Positions 8,705 through 16,927 of a stretch of 64,000 nucleotides of DNA are shown piece after piece. Position numbers and translations under genes: made by a program. The notes beneath the pieces are model-generated. The model did no database searches, was not told the DNA's origin, and saw only the letters and a program-made list of their open reading frames with translations. Each line of letters opens with the position of its first letter. The first letter of the stretch is position 1. The DNA is from Vulcanimicrobiota bacterium (GTDB taxonomy: Bacteria; Vulcanimicrobiota; Xenobia; Xenobiales; JADMJV01), in assembly GCA_050250895.1 (NCBI GenBank), contig JBFWNU010000006.1:215513-279512 (forward strand), in the 5' to 3' direction.

Positions 8705-11383
8705 TTGACGAAAGCCGCGAGCGACTTGAAAGGGCACTCGGTCAATACGCTGGCCTTTCTGCTGGGGGCGGTTCTGGTGCTGGTCGTGGTGGCCGACTAT
8801 CGCGCCTCGCTGCTCCAGGCGCGCCAGAATTTCTGGAACGAGAGTCACAACCTGGCCCGGGGCGACAGCCAGAGAATGCGCCAGTCGTTGGGTTGGATCA
8901 CCGCCACCCTCGACCTGGTGAAAAGCGATCAGATCCTCTCCACCTTCGTAGCCGCCGACGTTGCCCTTCCGCGTTCGAGTCGGGCTCGGGTCGAGCCGGC
9001 CTTTCGCTTGTTGGCTCAGCGAGCCGATGTGGTCAGCCTGCAGTTGCTCAGCAACTCGGGGCCCAAGCCTCGCGTCTTGATGAGCTTCGAGACGGGCACC
9101 GACCAGCCCGCCGAGGTCGGGCAGGCCGAGACTCGACTGGCAGGGTTGGCCGAACTCTTCAAGGCGAACCAGGCACCTTATCTAGTCAGCCCAACGTTGC
9201 CCATGGCCAGTAGGCGGCAGGCTTTCTACTATGCGGCCCCGCTTTATCATCGAGAGTTGCCTCTGGGCATGGTAACCTGCCTGGTCCTTTCCCAGGAGTT
9301 GCGCCGGGGGACCTCGCCCCAATTCGACCGCGTCCGCGAGGTTCGCTCGGGGCTGCTCATCGAGAGCGTGCCGCCCGCTCGCGAGGCTGGCAGCTATTAT
9401 CACGAAGTGCTCGACCTGGGGCAGGGTTGGAAGCTCGAAGAGAGCCGCCCCGACAGCGACTATTGGGCTCGTCACGACGTCAGGAGCGCTCATCGCTCGT
9501 TAGCCCTGGGGCTGACCGCCGTGGTGTTGGCTATGTTGGCCGCCTGGAGTTTGGCGCTGCGCCGTTCGGCCCAGGCCGCCAGCCGGGCCAAGAGCGAATT
9601 CATGGCTAGCGTGAGTCATGAGATCCGGACCCCGCTCAATGGAATTCTGGGCATGACCAACCTGGCCCTCAAGACCCGCTTGAGCGTGGTGCAGAGCGAG
9701 TATCTGCGCACCGCCTCTTCGTCGGCCGAGTCGGTGCTCGGTCTGATCAACGATATCCTCGACTTTGCCAAGATCGAGGCCGGAGCGCTCGATATCTCGC
9801 CCATTCCCGTCGAGCTTCGCCAGTTACTGCACCAGGCACTCAAAACGCTGGCGCACAAGGCCGCCGAAAAGGAGGTCGAACTGGTGCTCTGGGTCGACCC
9901 GCGCGTGCCGCGCCGGGTATTGGCCGACCCTGTGCGCCTGCGTCAAGTCGTGTTGAATTTGGTTTCGAACGCGGTCAAGTTCACGGCCGAAGGAGAGATC
10001 CTGGTCAAAGTCCGACCACGCCTGGACAAGCTGCACTTTTCGGTCCGAGACACCGGCATCGGCATCGCCGCCGACCGCCAGCGGGCCATCTTCGAGCTTT
10101 TCACCCAGGCCGATTCTACCACCACCCGTCGCTACGGAGGGACCGGCCTGGGTCTATCGATCAGTCGCGAGCTGGTCGGTCGAATGGGGGGCGAGATCTG
10201 GGTCGAGAGCGAGCCCGAGCGCGGCAGCGTGTTTCATTTTACGGCCGACCTTTCCACGCTCGAGCCCATGCCCGAACCGGCGGATTTCAAGGGCCGGCAG
10301 GCCCTCGTGGTCGAGCCCAATCCTACCGCGCGGGGCCTGCTCGAGATGTTGCTTTCCGAGTGGAATTTTCGGGTCGAATCGTTGAGTGAAGCCGAAGTCT
10401 ACGAGCGGGTTCGTCCGGGGGCAGTGGTGCTGATTCCCGCCGCCCGGGTCGAGGATTTTCGTCAACTCCAGGGGGTGAGGCTGATCGGTTTGGCTTCGCG
10501 CACGGAAGAGCTCGAGGTGGAAGGGGCCGATGCGGTGGTGGCCAAGCCGATTCTGCCCAGCGAGCTGTTGGCCCGCCTGGCCGGTGAGGAACCGTCCCAG
10601 ACGCGATTGACTACCCTGCCGAGCCTGAAGTTGTTGCTGGCTGACGATAGCCCCATCAATCGCAAGATTGGCACCCTGATGCTCGAAGAGCAGGGCCATT
10701 CGGTGGTGGTGGCGCGGGACGGGGCCGAGGCGGTCGAACTGGCTCTGGGCGATGCCTATGACCTGATTCTGATGGACATGCAGATGCCCGGAGTCGACGG
10801 ATTGGAGGCCTGTCGCCAGTTGCGCCGGCGGGGCTCGAAGGTACCCATCATCGCCCTCACCGGCAACGCTCTGCGCGAAGACCAGAAGCGTTGTCTCGAG
10901 GCTGGCATGAACGGGCACGTGGTCAAGCCCATCGACGAGCGTCGCCTGAATCTGGCCATGGAGCGGGTTTTGACCGGCCGAAAGCTGGCCGCGCCCCGGG
11001 TGCCCGGGGATCGCCGGTCTTCTCGGCCCTGGGACGGCCGGGTGTTTCGCGCCGACGTGAGCCTGGAGCGGGTGGGCGGCGACCCGCGGAACCTGAACAC
11101 CGTGATGGTGATGTTTCTCGAACTCGCCGACCAGCATGTCGAGGCCGTTCGAGGCGCCCTCAAGGCGTGTGACCCGGAGGGTTTATCCCTGGCCGTCCAC
11201 GCGCTCAAAGGCACCGTGGCGGCCTTTGACGCGCTGGCCGTGGTGCGCGTGCTCAGACGCCTGAGCGAGCGCGCCCGGGCGGGGGTGGCCGAGCCCCACG
11301 ATCCCCTCCTGGAAGAACTCGAACTAGAAGTAGAGAAGCTAAAGGACGCCTTTCGGCAGTTTATTTCGGAGCCCGAAAAATGA
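8705..11383 (+). CDS. Hybrid sensor histidine kinase (TM sensor, HisKA, HATPase, two REC, Hpt)
   Basis: SHEIRTPLNG, NLVSNAVKFT, DTGIG, GGTGLGL, LILMDMQMP, Hpt AVHALKG; exact start uncertain. Confidence 0.95.
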   Translation: MTKAASDLKGHSVNTLAFLLGAVLVLVVVADYRASLLQARQNFWNESHNLARGDSQRMRQSLGWITATLDLVKSDQILSTFVAADVALPRSSRARVEPAFRLLAQRADVVSLQLLSNSGPKPRVLMSFETGTDQPAEVGQAETRLAGLAELFKANQAPYLVSPTLPMASRRQAFYYAAPLYHRELPLGMVTCLVLSQELRRGTSPQFDRVREVRSGLLIESVPPAREAGSYYHEVLDLGQGWKLEESRPDSDYWARHDVRSAHRSLALGLTAVVLAMLAAWSLALRRSAQAASRAKSEFMASVSHEIRTPLNGILGMTNLALKTRLSVVQSEYLRTASSSAESVLGLINDILDFAKIEAGALDISPIPVELRQLLHQALKTLAHKAAEKEVELVLWVDPRVPRRVLADPVRLRQVVLNLVSNAVKFTAEGEILVKVRPRLDKLHFSVRDTGIGIAADRQRAIFELFTQADSTTTRRYGGTGLGLSISRELVGRMGGEIWVESEPERGSVFHFTADLSTLEPMPEPADFKGRQALVVEPNPTARGLLEMLLSEWNFRVESLSEAEVYERVRPGAVVLIPAARVEDFRQLQGVRLIGLASRTEELEVEGADAVVAKPILPSELLARLAGEEPSQTRLTTLPSLKLLLADDSPINRKIGTLMLEEQGHSVVVARDGAEAVELALGDAYDLILMDMQMPGVDGLEACRQLRRRGSKVPIIALTGNALREDQKRCLEAGMNGHVVKPIDERRLNLAMERVLTGRKLAAPRVPGDRRSSRPWDGRVFRADVSLERVGGDPRNLNTVMVMFLELADQHVEAVRGALKACDPEGLSLAVHALKGTVAAFDALAVVRVLRRLSERARAGVAEPHDPLLEELELEVEKLKDAFRQFISEPEK

Positions 11384-11961
11384 AGAAGATAGCGATTCTA
11401 TTGGTTTTGCTCTGTGCCCTGGCCCAGGCCGACGATGATTGGCGCCGGGGCAAGGCGCTCTCGCGTCAAGACGCCGAGCAGCTGCATGCCTTTCTCCTCT
11501 CGGGAGAACTGCTGGACTTCGCCCATCGCTGTGGGTCGGCTCGCTCCTACCTGCTGGCCGCCCAATTGCGTCTGGATTATCCCACCAAACCGTTCGAGCC
11601 GGGGCCTGTGCTTGAACTATGTCGCCAGGCGCGGGCGGTCATGGGTGACGACAGTCTGGCTCGGGGTTGGGCCGAGGAACTCGAGAATCGGGCCCGCAAG
11701 CACCCTCGAGGCGCGGCCGGTCCCCTCGAGGCTCGCGAAGGGGAGCTGCCGGCCGGCGGGTCCCTGACGCTGGCGGCTCAGTGGATGGCTGTCCGCGGCG
11801 ACGGGAACTTTCAGCTCGAGCGTCTAGACCCCGCGGGAAAGGTGTTGGAGCGCACAGCGATCGGCGGAGAACTGTTTCTCACCACCGAGCCGGGTCAGCG
11901 AATTCGCCTGGTCAATCGCGGCGAAGGTGCCGGGTACTGGTTGCTGTGGCGGGGTCCCTAA
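11380..11961 (+). CDS. Secreted hypothetical protein (helical N-part, RGAxG linker, beta-sandwich-like C-part)
   Basis: Signal peptide ending AQA; ATGA overlap with the kinase; KHPRGAAGP...VRGDG. Confidence 0.7.
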   Translation: MKKIAILLVLLCALAQADDDWRRGKALSRQDAEQLHAFLLSGELLDFAHRCGSARSYLLAAQLRLDYPTKPFEPGPVLELCRQARAVMGDDSLARGWAEELENRARKHPRGAAGPLEAREGELPAGGSLTLAAQWMAVRGDGNFQLERLDPAGKVLERTAIGGELFLTTEPGQRIRLVNRGEGAGYWLLWRGP

Positions 11962-12287
11962 AGGCAGAACCAGACCAGGGCCGTGGAGAGGGTGGCCAAC
12001 ACCAGGGACACCAAGACGATACGCACGGACTTGCGCTGCAGTTGAGCCTTGATGCGTTCATCGAGCCGGGCCCCCGTGGCCACCAGGAATACGCAAGTCT
12101 CTTCCTGGGCCTGGAGGATCCCGATGTAGCCGAAGAAAAACGGAAAGAAGGTCATCAGACGGACCCAGTCCGGCGGGTGCGTCGTGCGGATCATGACCAC
12201 CATTAGCAAGGCCGCCGCGAACCCGATGACTCCGCCCAGACGGCGTCTAGCAATCTCCTTTTCGTCTAGATTGCCGCACTGGCTCAT
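11958..12287 (-). CDS. Small membrane protein (about 3 TM)
   Basis: CGNLDEKEIARRR followed by hydrophobic segments and LQAQEETCV; ATGA overlap with the upstream gene. Confidence 0.75.
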   Translation of the reverse strand: MSQCGNLDEKEIARRRLGGVIGFAAALLMVVMIRTTHPPDWVRLMTFFPFFFGYIGILQAQEETCVFLVATGARLDERIKAQLQRKSVRIVLVSLVLATLSTALVWFCL

Positions 12288-12955
12288 CGCCACATTCTTC
12301 CGCTGCCGCTACAGGCCTGACATTTCTTGCTGCCGTCGCAAACCACGCACAGCATGATGTAGCCGGCCCCACCGCAACTGCCGCATTTGCCCCGGCCGCA
12401 CAGGTTGCAGCCGGCTCCGGAGCAGTTGGTGCAGAGCTTGCCGCCGTGGCAGTTACCGCAGATTTTCTTGCCCAACCCCTGGCAGCCCTGACAGACTCCC
12501 GAGCCGTTGCACACTCGGCAGGCCACGCCCTCGGGTGGGGGTGGCTCGGCGGGTGCCGCCTGAGCTGGGGCCGCCTGAGCCTTTGGCACCATGGCGCCCT
12601 TGAGGATGACGCTGAACTTTCGCTGCTGGATGGCAAAACTGTAGGCAGGCGGAGGAGAGCCGGGCGCGACTTTCATCGTTTCTGAGCTCAGGGCCTGATA
12701 GCCGGTTACCTGGTCGAGCAACTTGTGGTCGATGACCAGGGTGCGGTCAGGCTCGAGATGGGCCGCGACCGAGAGTCGCAGGCCGTGGGCCTCGTACGGG
12801 ATTGGCTGCGCGTCTACCCAGAGCTTGACGGTCTCGGCATGATGCACGCCAGCATCGTCCTCGACGCAAAGTAGTTCGAGAAAAAATCGGTCCGAGGCCT
12901 GGGCGCTTAGCGCCCCCAAAAAAAGGAGAATGAAAATGGCGCGAGCTAGTCTCAC
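12284..12955 (-). CDS. Signal-peptide protein with DnaJ-like CxxCxGxG zinc-finger repeats
   Basis: Hydrophobic leader ending AQA; eight CxxC motifs at the C-terminus; TATGGT 6 nt before GTG 12955. Confidence 0.75.
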   Translation of the reverse strand: MRLARAIFILLFLGALSAQASDRFFLELLCVEDDAGVHHAETVKLWVDAQPIPYEAHGLRLSVAAHLEPDRTLVIDHKLLDQVTGYQALSSETMKVAPGSPPPAYSFAIQQRKFSVILKGAMVPKAQAAPAQAAPAEPPPPEGVACRVCNGSGVCQGCQGLGKKICGNCHGGKLCTNCSGAGCNLCGRGKCGSCGGAGYIMLCVVCDGSKKCQACSGSGRMWR

Positions 12956-12988
12956 TCCTTCACCATAGCCCGTGACGACGCAAAAGAT

Positions 12989-14026
12989 GTGAACAAGCCG
13001 TTTCAATTCGATAGTGAGGCCCGTTTTGACTGTTCTGGCTGCACCAAGTGTTGCCGGGCACGCTGGAATATCCGGGTCGATGAAGAGCGGTTCGAGCGCC
13101 TCAAGGGCAGCCGATTAGCCCTGGAACTCGAGCTTCGGGACGGACGTTCGCCCTTCTACGAGAAAGCCAGCGGAGCGGTGGTCACCCACCGTCGCCAGGG
13201 AGCCTGCGCCTTTCTCGAGGAGAACCTCTGCTCGATCCACGCCCGCCACGGGGGATTGGCCAAGCCGCTCACCTGCCAGCTCTTTCCCTTCGTCATTCAA
13301 GAGACGCCCGAAGCCCTGGTGGTCGGGGTGTCGCACTACTGCAGCGCCGTGGCGCGGGGGGAGGGAAGGCCCCTGGCAGCTCATCTCGATGGTCTCGAAC
13401 GCCTGCGGCCAGAACTCGAGATGACCCCCCTCGGGGGAGCCCCTATCGTGGTGGCCGTCCAGCTGAGGCTAGATTGGAGCGGCTACCTCCAGTTAGAGGC
13501 GGGACTGATAGAACGGCTAGGAAAGGGTCCGGCCGAGGCCGTTCTGCTGGGGCTGATCGAAGGCCTCGGCCAGTGGCTCGAAACGGGCCAGCAGCCCCCT
13601 TTGGAGCATCTTCTGGTGGGCGGGCGACCCTGGCTTGACGAGGCGATGCTCGAGGCTGGCGCGGTGGCCCTGGTGACCTGGGCCGAGAGCCGCAAGAGCG
13701 AGCAGCGGCTGGAGTTGTCGGCTCAGCTGCGTCGACGTGAGGCTGTCCTTTTACCCAGTAGCGGGGTGGCGGTTGATTATCAGGGCAAAGCCCCCCAACC
13801 GGAGTTGCTCGCCTATCTACGCAGTTTGATTTTTCGCAAGTTTCTGGTGCGTCGCGAGCCGCTCTTGACAGCCCTGATTGCGCTGGCCTGTCTGGAGCGG
13901 GCACTGGGCTATTACGGAACCGCTTTCTCGGCCGGATTGGATGCGCTCGAGCTGCTCCTGAGCCACGGAGACGGCGGGCACGAGGCGCTCACTCCCCTTA
14001 CCGAGTTAGCCCTGGCTCAATCGTAG
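12989..14026 (+). CDS. YkgJ-family cysteine-cluster protein (FliB-like)
   Basis: CSGCTKCC...CAFLEENLCSIH...KPLTCQLFPF...HYC. Confidence 0.85.
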   Translation: MNKPFQFDSEARFDCSGCTKCCRARWNIRVDEERFERLKGSRLALELELRDGRSPFYEKASGAVVTHRRQGACAFLEENLCSIHARHGGLAKPLTCQLFPFVIQETPEALVVGVSHYCSAVARGEGRPLAAHLDGLERLRPELEMTPLGGAPIVVAVQLRLDWSGYLQLEAGLIERLGKGPAEAVLLGLIEGLGQWLETGQQPPLEHLLVGGRPWLDEAMLEAGAVALVTWAESRKSEQRLELSAQLRRREAVLLPSSGVAVDYQGKAPQPELLAYLRSLIFRKFLVRREPLLTALIALACLERALGYYGTAFSAGLDALELLLSHGDGGHEALTPLTELALAQS

Positions 14027-15747
14027 ACGAGTTCGGCTCCGGCCTCGGCGATGGCCCCCCAGTTCTGGTCGGGTCGGGCCAGGATGCGCACTTTCAGTTG
14101 GCCCGAGGCGATGGCCTGGGCAAAACCGGGAAGGCGCTCCGAGGTGTAGGCGTGGCTGCCGGTTCGGCGCAGGGCCGGCGCGCCGGGCATGAACACGAAG
14201 GCTTGGCGAGCATCCACCTCGAGTTCGGGCAGTTTGCGTTCCAGCGCCAGGCCAGCCGCCCACACCACCAGGTGCCACTGGTGGCGCAGCCAGTTGCGGT
14301 TCTGGATGGTCAGTTTGAGTTGGCGCGGAAAGTAGCGCAGCCCCTGCTGGGCTCGATTCTGGGCCCACTGGTCGAAGGTCGCTTTGAGGCGGCTGGTGAG
14401 ACGGTGAAAATCGTGGTAGACGCGATCAGGGCGCTGATGGGTCTGATGGCAACCGTACGGGTGAGGCAGGTTGGGATCGTAGGTCTGATTGTGAATGCGC
14501 TCACGGCTGTGAAACGAACTGCGGGTGAAGGCCAGGTAGTCGTCAAAGGTCTTGCGCGTCACCACCATGCCGTATTTGTCGGGGTCCCGGTCCATCAGAG
14601 CGCCGGGCTCGATCGAGAGGGGCGTCACGGCCAGTTCGCCGATGGCCGGTCCGAAAGTGCTGAGTAGATGGCCGATCCAGGCCTCCGCTTCGAGCACGTG
14701 CTGGGGCTCTTCAGTAGGTAGACCGAGAATGCCGTACAGGCCGGCGTCGAGGTTGGGATGCGAGGCGATGGCGGCCAGGACTTCTTCGAAGGCCGAATTG
14801 GGGGCATAGGGCTTTAGCTGGCGACGCTCGGCCAGCCGCTGGCGAACTTCCTGGCTCAAGGACTGGGCGTCGAGCGAAATAAAAGCGCTGGCGAAACGGT
14901 CCGCCAGAAAGTGCACGAACTCGACTTCGGGCAGTGACCAGAAATAGAAGGCCACGTGGTAGCGACCTCGAGGCAGTTGCTCGAAGAGCTGGCGGTAATA
15001 GTCGCCTTTGCCCGGGTCGGCGATGGGGTCGAAGTCGAACAGGTAGGTCCCTTTCGACCACGGTTCGAGCACCTGCATGTCGTGGAGCACATCGTCGAAG
15101 GGTCGATAGAGATACCCTTTGCGGCCAAACATTCGCTTGTGGCCCAGAGCGCTGCCGGCGCAGAACATGCAGGTACAGCGGCAGCCCTTGCCGGTCCAGA
15201 TGAAGGGAGCGTTAAAACCGATCATCTCGAGCACGTCAGGGTCGGCGAGGGCGGTCAGGTCGTCGGCCAGACGCAGGTTTTGGCCGTCATCGTTTTGCTG
15301 GACATAGGTGGTGGGCAGCACTGCTTCGGCGCTGGTCAGGTTGCAGCTGGGGGCTCCCAGAGCATAATCGAGCAACGGTTTCTCTCCATCACCCCGGACT
15401 ACGGCGTCGAACTGGGTTCGGGCCACCAGTTCGGGAGCGAACGAGGTGGCCGTCTGGCCGCCGCTCACCAGCCGGGCCGGGGGGTGGTAGCGCCGCACCA
15501 ACCGGGCCACCTCGGTGGCTCCATAGAGGGTATCCCACCATTTGCAACTGACGGCCACCGTGTCGGGCCGATAGTCCTCGAGTACCTGGATCATCTTGTC
15601 GATCCAGTAGGGGCCGTCGAGAGGCTCGGTGCGAGCCTCGACCCCCCCTCGTTGCAAGAAGCTCGCCAGGGTCAGGGTGGCGTTGTTGAACAACGTCTGA
15701 GCTCCATCGGCTCGGCGAGGAGGGTTAAAGAACATGACTTTGGCCAC
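14017..15747 (-). CDS. Cobalamin-binding radical SAM protein
   Basis: N-terminal B12-binding-like region (KVMFFNPP, SGGQTAT, VVRGDGE); GKGCRCTCMFC = CxxxCxxC; ILGLPTE. Confidence 0.85.
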   Translation of the reverse strand: MAKVMFFNPPRRADGAQTLFNNATLTLASFLQRGGVEARTEPLDGPYWIDKMIQVLEDYRPDTVAVSCKWWDTLYGATEVARLVRRYHPPARLVSGGQTATSFAPELVARTQFDAVVRGDGEKPLLDYALGAPSCNLTSAEAVLPTTYVQQNDDGQNLRLADDLTALADPDVLEMIGFNAPFIWTGKGCRCTCMFCAGSALGHKRMFGRKGYLYRPFDDVLHDMQVLEPWSKGTYLFDFDPIADPGKGDYYRQLFEQLPRGRYHVAFYFWSLPEVEFVHFLADRFASAFISLDAQSLSQEVRQRLAERRQLKPYAPNSAFEEVLAAIASHPNLDAGLYGILGLPTEEPQHVLEAEAWIGHLLSTFGPAIGELAVTPLSIEPGALMDRDPDKYGMVVTRKTFDDYLAFTRSSFHSRERIHNQTYDPNLPHPYGCHQTHQRPDRVYHDFHRLTSRLKATFDQWAQNRAQQGLRYFPRQLKLTIQNRNWLRHQWHLVVWAAGLALERKLPELEVDARQAFVFMPGAPALRRTGSHAYTSERLPGFAQAIASGQLKVRILARPDQNWGAIAEAGAELVYD

Positions 15748-15816
15748 GCCCCAATGTAACACACCGAGGGGGAAAAAATCACGGCGAGCGGCAGCCGGTT
15801 CGGTTACGATCAGGCC

Positions 15817-16386
15817 ATGAACAAACCGATCGTCGTGATGCTGTGGGGAGCCCCCGCCTCTGGAAAGACTACTATCGCCGCCGGATTACGGCCGCGGCTC
15901 GAGCAAGAGTACGGGCTGCCCGTCTGCCATCTGAGCCCCGACACCCTCAACCAGGCCATCGTCGGAGACCGCTTCCTGGCCTCGATTCGCGAGGCACTCT
16001 ACCAGGGCGCCATGGCCATGCTCGAGGCGATGCTCAACAGCCAGCACCTGGTTTTGCTCGACGGCACCTTTCTCTCGAGAGACCTGCGCCAGCGCGTGGC
16101 CGGCCTGGCCAGGGAGCGGGGAGCCACGCTGGTGTCGGTCCATATCACTTGCTCGTATCCGTCGCGGGCGGCCCGCAATGCCGGCCGGCCCGACAGCGCG
16201 CGGGTGCGAGCGGAATGGATGCGCAAGGCCCACTATCAGGCGCTGGCCGCCCGGGCCGAGGCCGATCTCGTCATCGACACCGAGCGGTGCCCGGCCCCCG
16301 AGGCCGTCGAATCGGTGTTGAACTATCTGGTTCACCGGCTGGAGTTGAATGAAGGGGTTTATCAAGGAAGTTGGGTTCTCGTATAA
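15817..16386 (+). CDS. P-loop kinase (AAA_33/adenylylsulfate-kinase-like)
   Basis: GAPASGKT Walker A; VLLDGTF; ARNAGR lid; DLVIDT. Confidence 0.85.
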   Translation: MNKPIVVMLWGAPASGKTTIAAGLRPRLEQEYGLPVCHLSPDTLNQAIVGDRFLASIREALYQGAMAMLEAMLNSQHLVLLDGTFLSRDLRQRVAGLARERGATLVSVHITCSYPSRAARNAGRPDSARVRAEWMRKAHYQALAARAEADLVIDTERCPAPEAVESVLNYLVHRLELNEGVYQGSWVLV

Positions 16387-16393
16387 TGGGTGG

Positions 16394-16927
16394 ATGGAGA
16401 TCGAGCGCCAGGAAGGTTGGCCGCGCCAGTTCGCAATTTTGTTGTTGCTCCTGAGCCTTGGCGCTATCCCGCTCACGGCTTGGAAGGTCGGCCTCGACGG
16501 TGTCTGGCCGGGATGGTGGGGGGCGGCCCTGACCCTCAGTCTGCCCTTGCTGATGTGGCGCCGCGGCGTTCGCATCGACCCCCAGGCTCGTTTGTTGTGG
16601 CCCTGGTGGGGATTGAGGTGTCCCGGTCTGGGTCTTTGGAAGTTTCGCGAAGGAGAGTCGCGAAGCACGGCCGGCTTCGAACACGTCGAGGTCGAGGCCC
16701 TCGACCGCGGAGAGCACTATAAGAACAAGCCCATGGCGCGGGTTTTGCTGGGATGCGCCGGGCATCCTCTCCAGCGAGAGATTGTCGACGACGAGTATGC
16801 CGACATCGAGGCGGCCAGGCGTTGCGCCGAGCGGGTTTCTCAATGCCTGGGGTTGGAGCTACAGGGCTTTTGCCCACCGGAGAGAATCGGGTGCGATGGC
16901 CACGGGCAAGACGCAGACAGCCGCTAA
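16394..16927 (+). CDS. Membrane hypothetical protein (2 TM)
   Basis: Two hydrophobic segments; TATAAT 6 nt upstream of ATG 16394. Confidence 0.65.
   Translation: MEIERQEGWPRQFAILLLLLSLGAIPLTAWKVGLDGVWPGWWGAALTLSLPLLMWRRGVRIDPQARLLWPWWGLRCPGLGLWKFREGESRSTAGFEHVEVEALDRGEHYKNKPMARVLLGCAGHPLQREIVDDEYADIEAARRCAERVSQCLGLELQGFCPPERIGCDGHGQDADSR

Noticed and set aside
12440-12465. CGNCH as a c-type heme motif
   Set aside because: It is one of eight CxxCxG zinc-finger-like repeats; chance occurrence is more likely
12989-16386. RiPP biosynthetic cluster
   Set aside because: No precursor peptide, RRE or transporter evident, and the genes are not co-oriented
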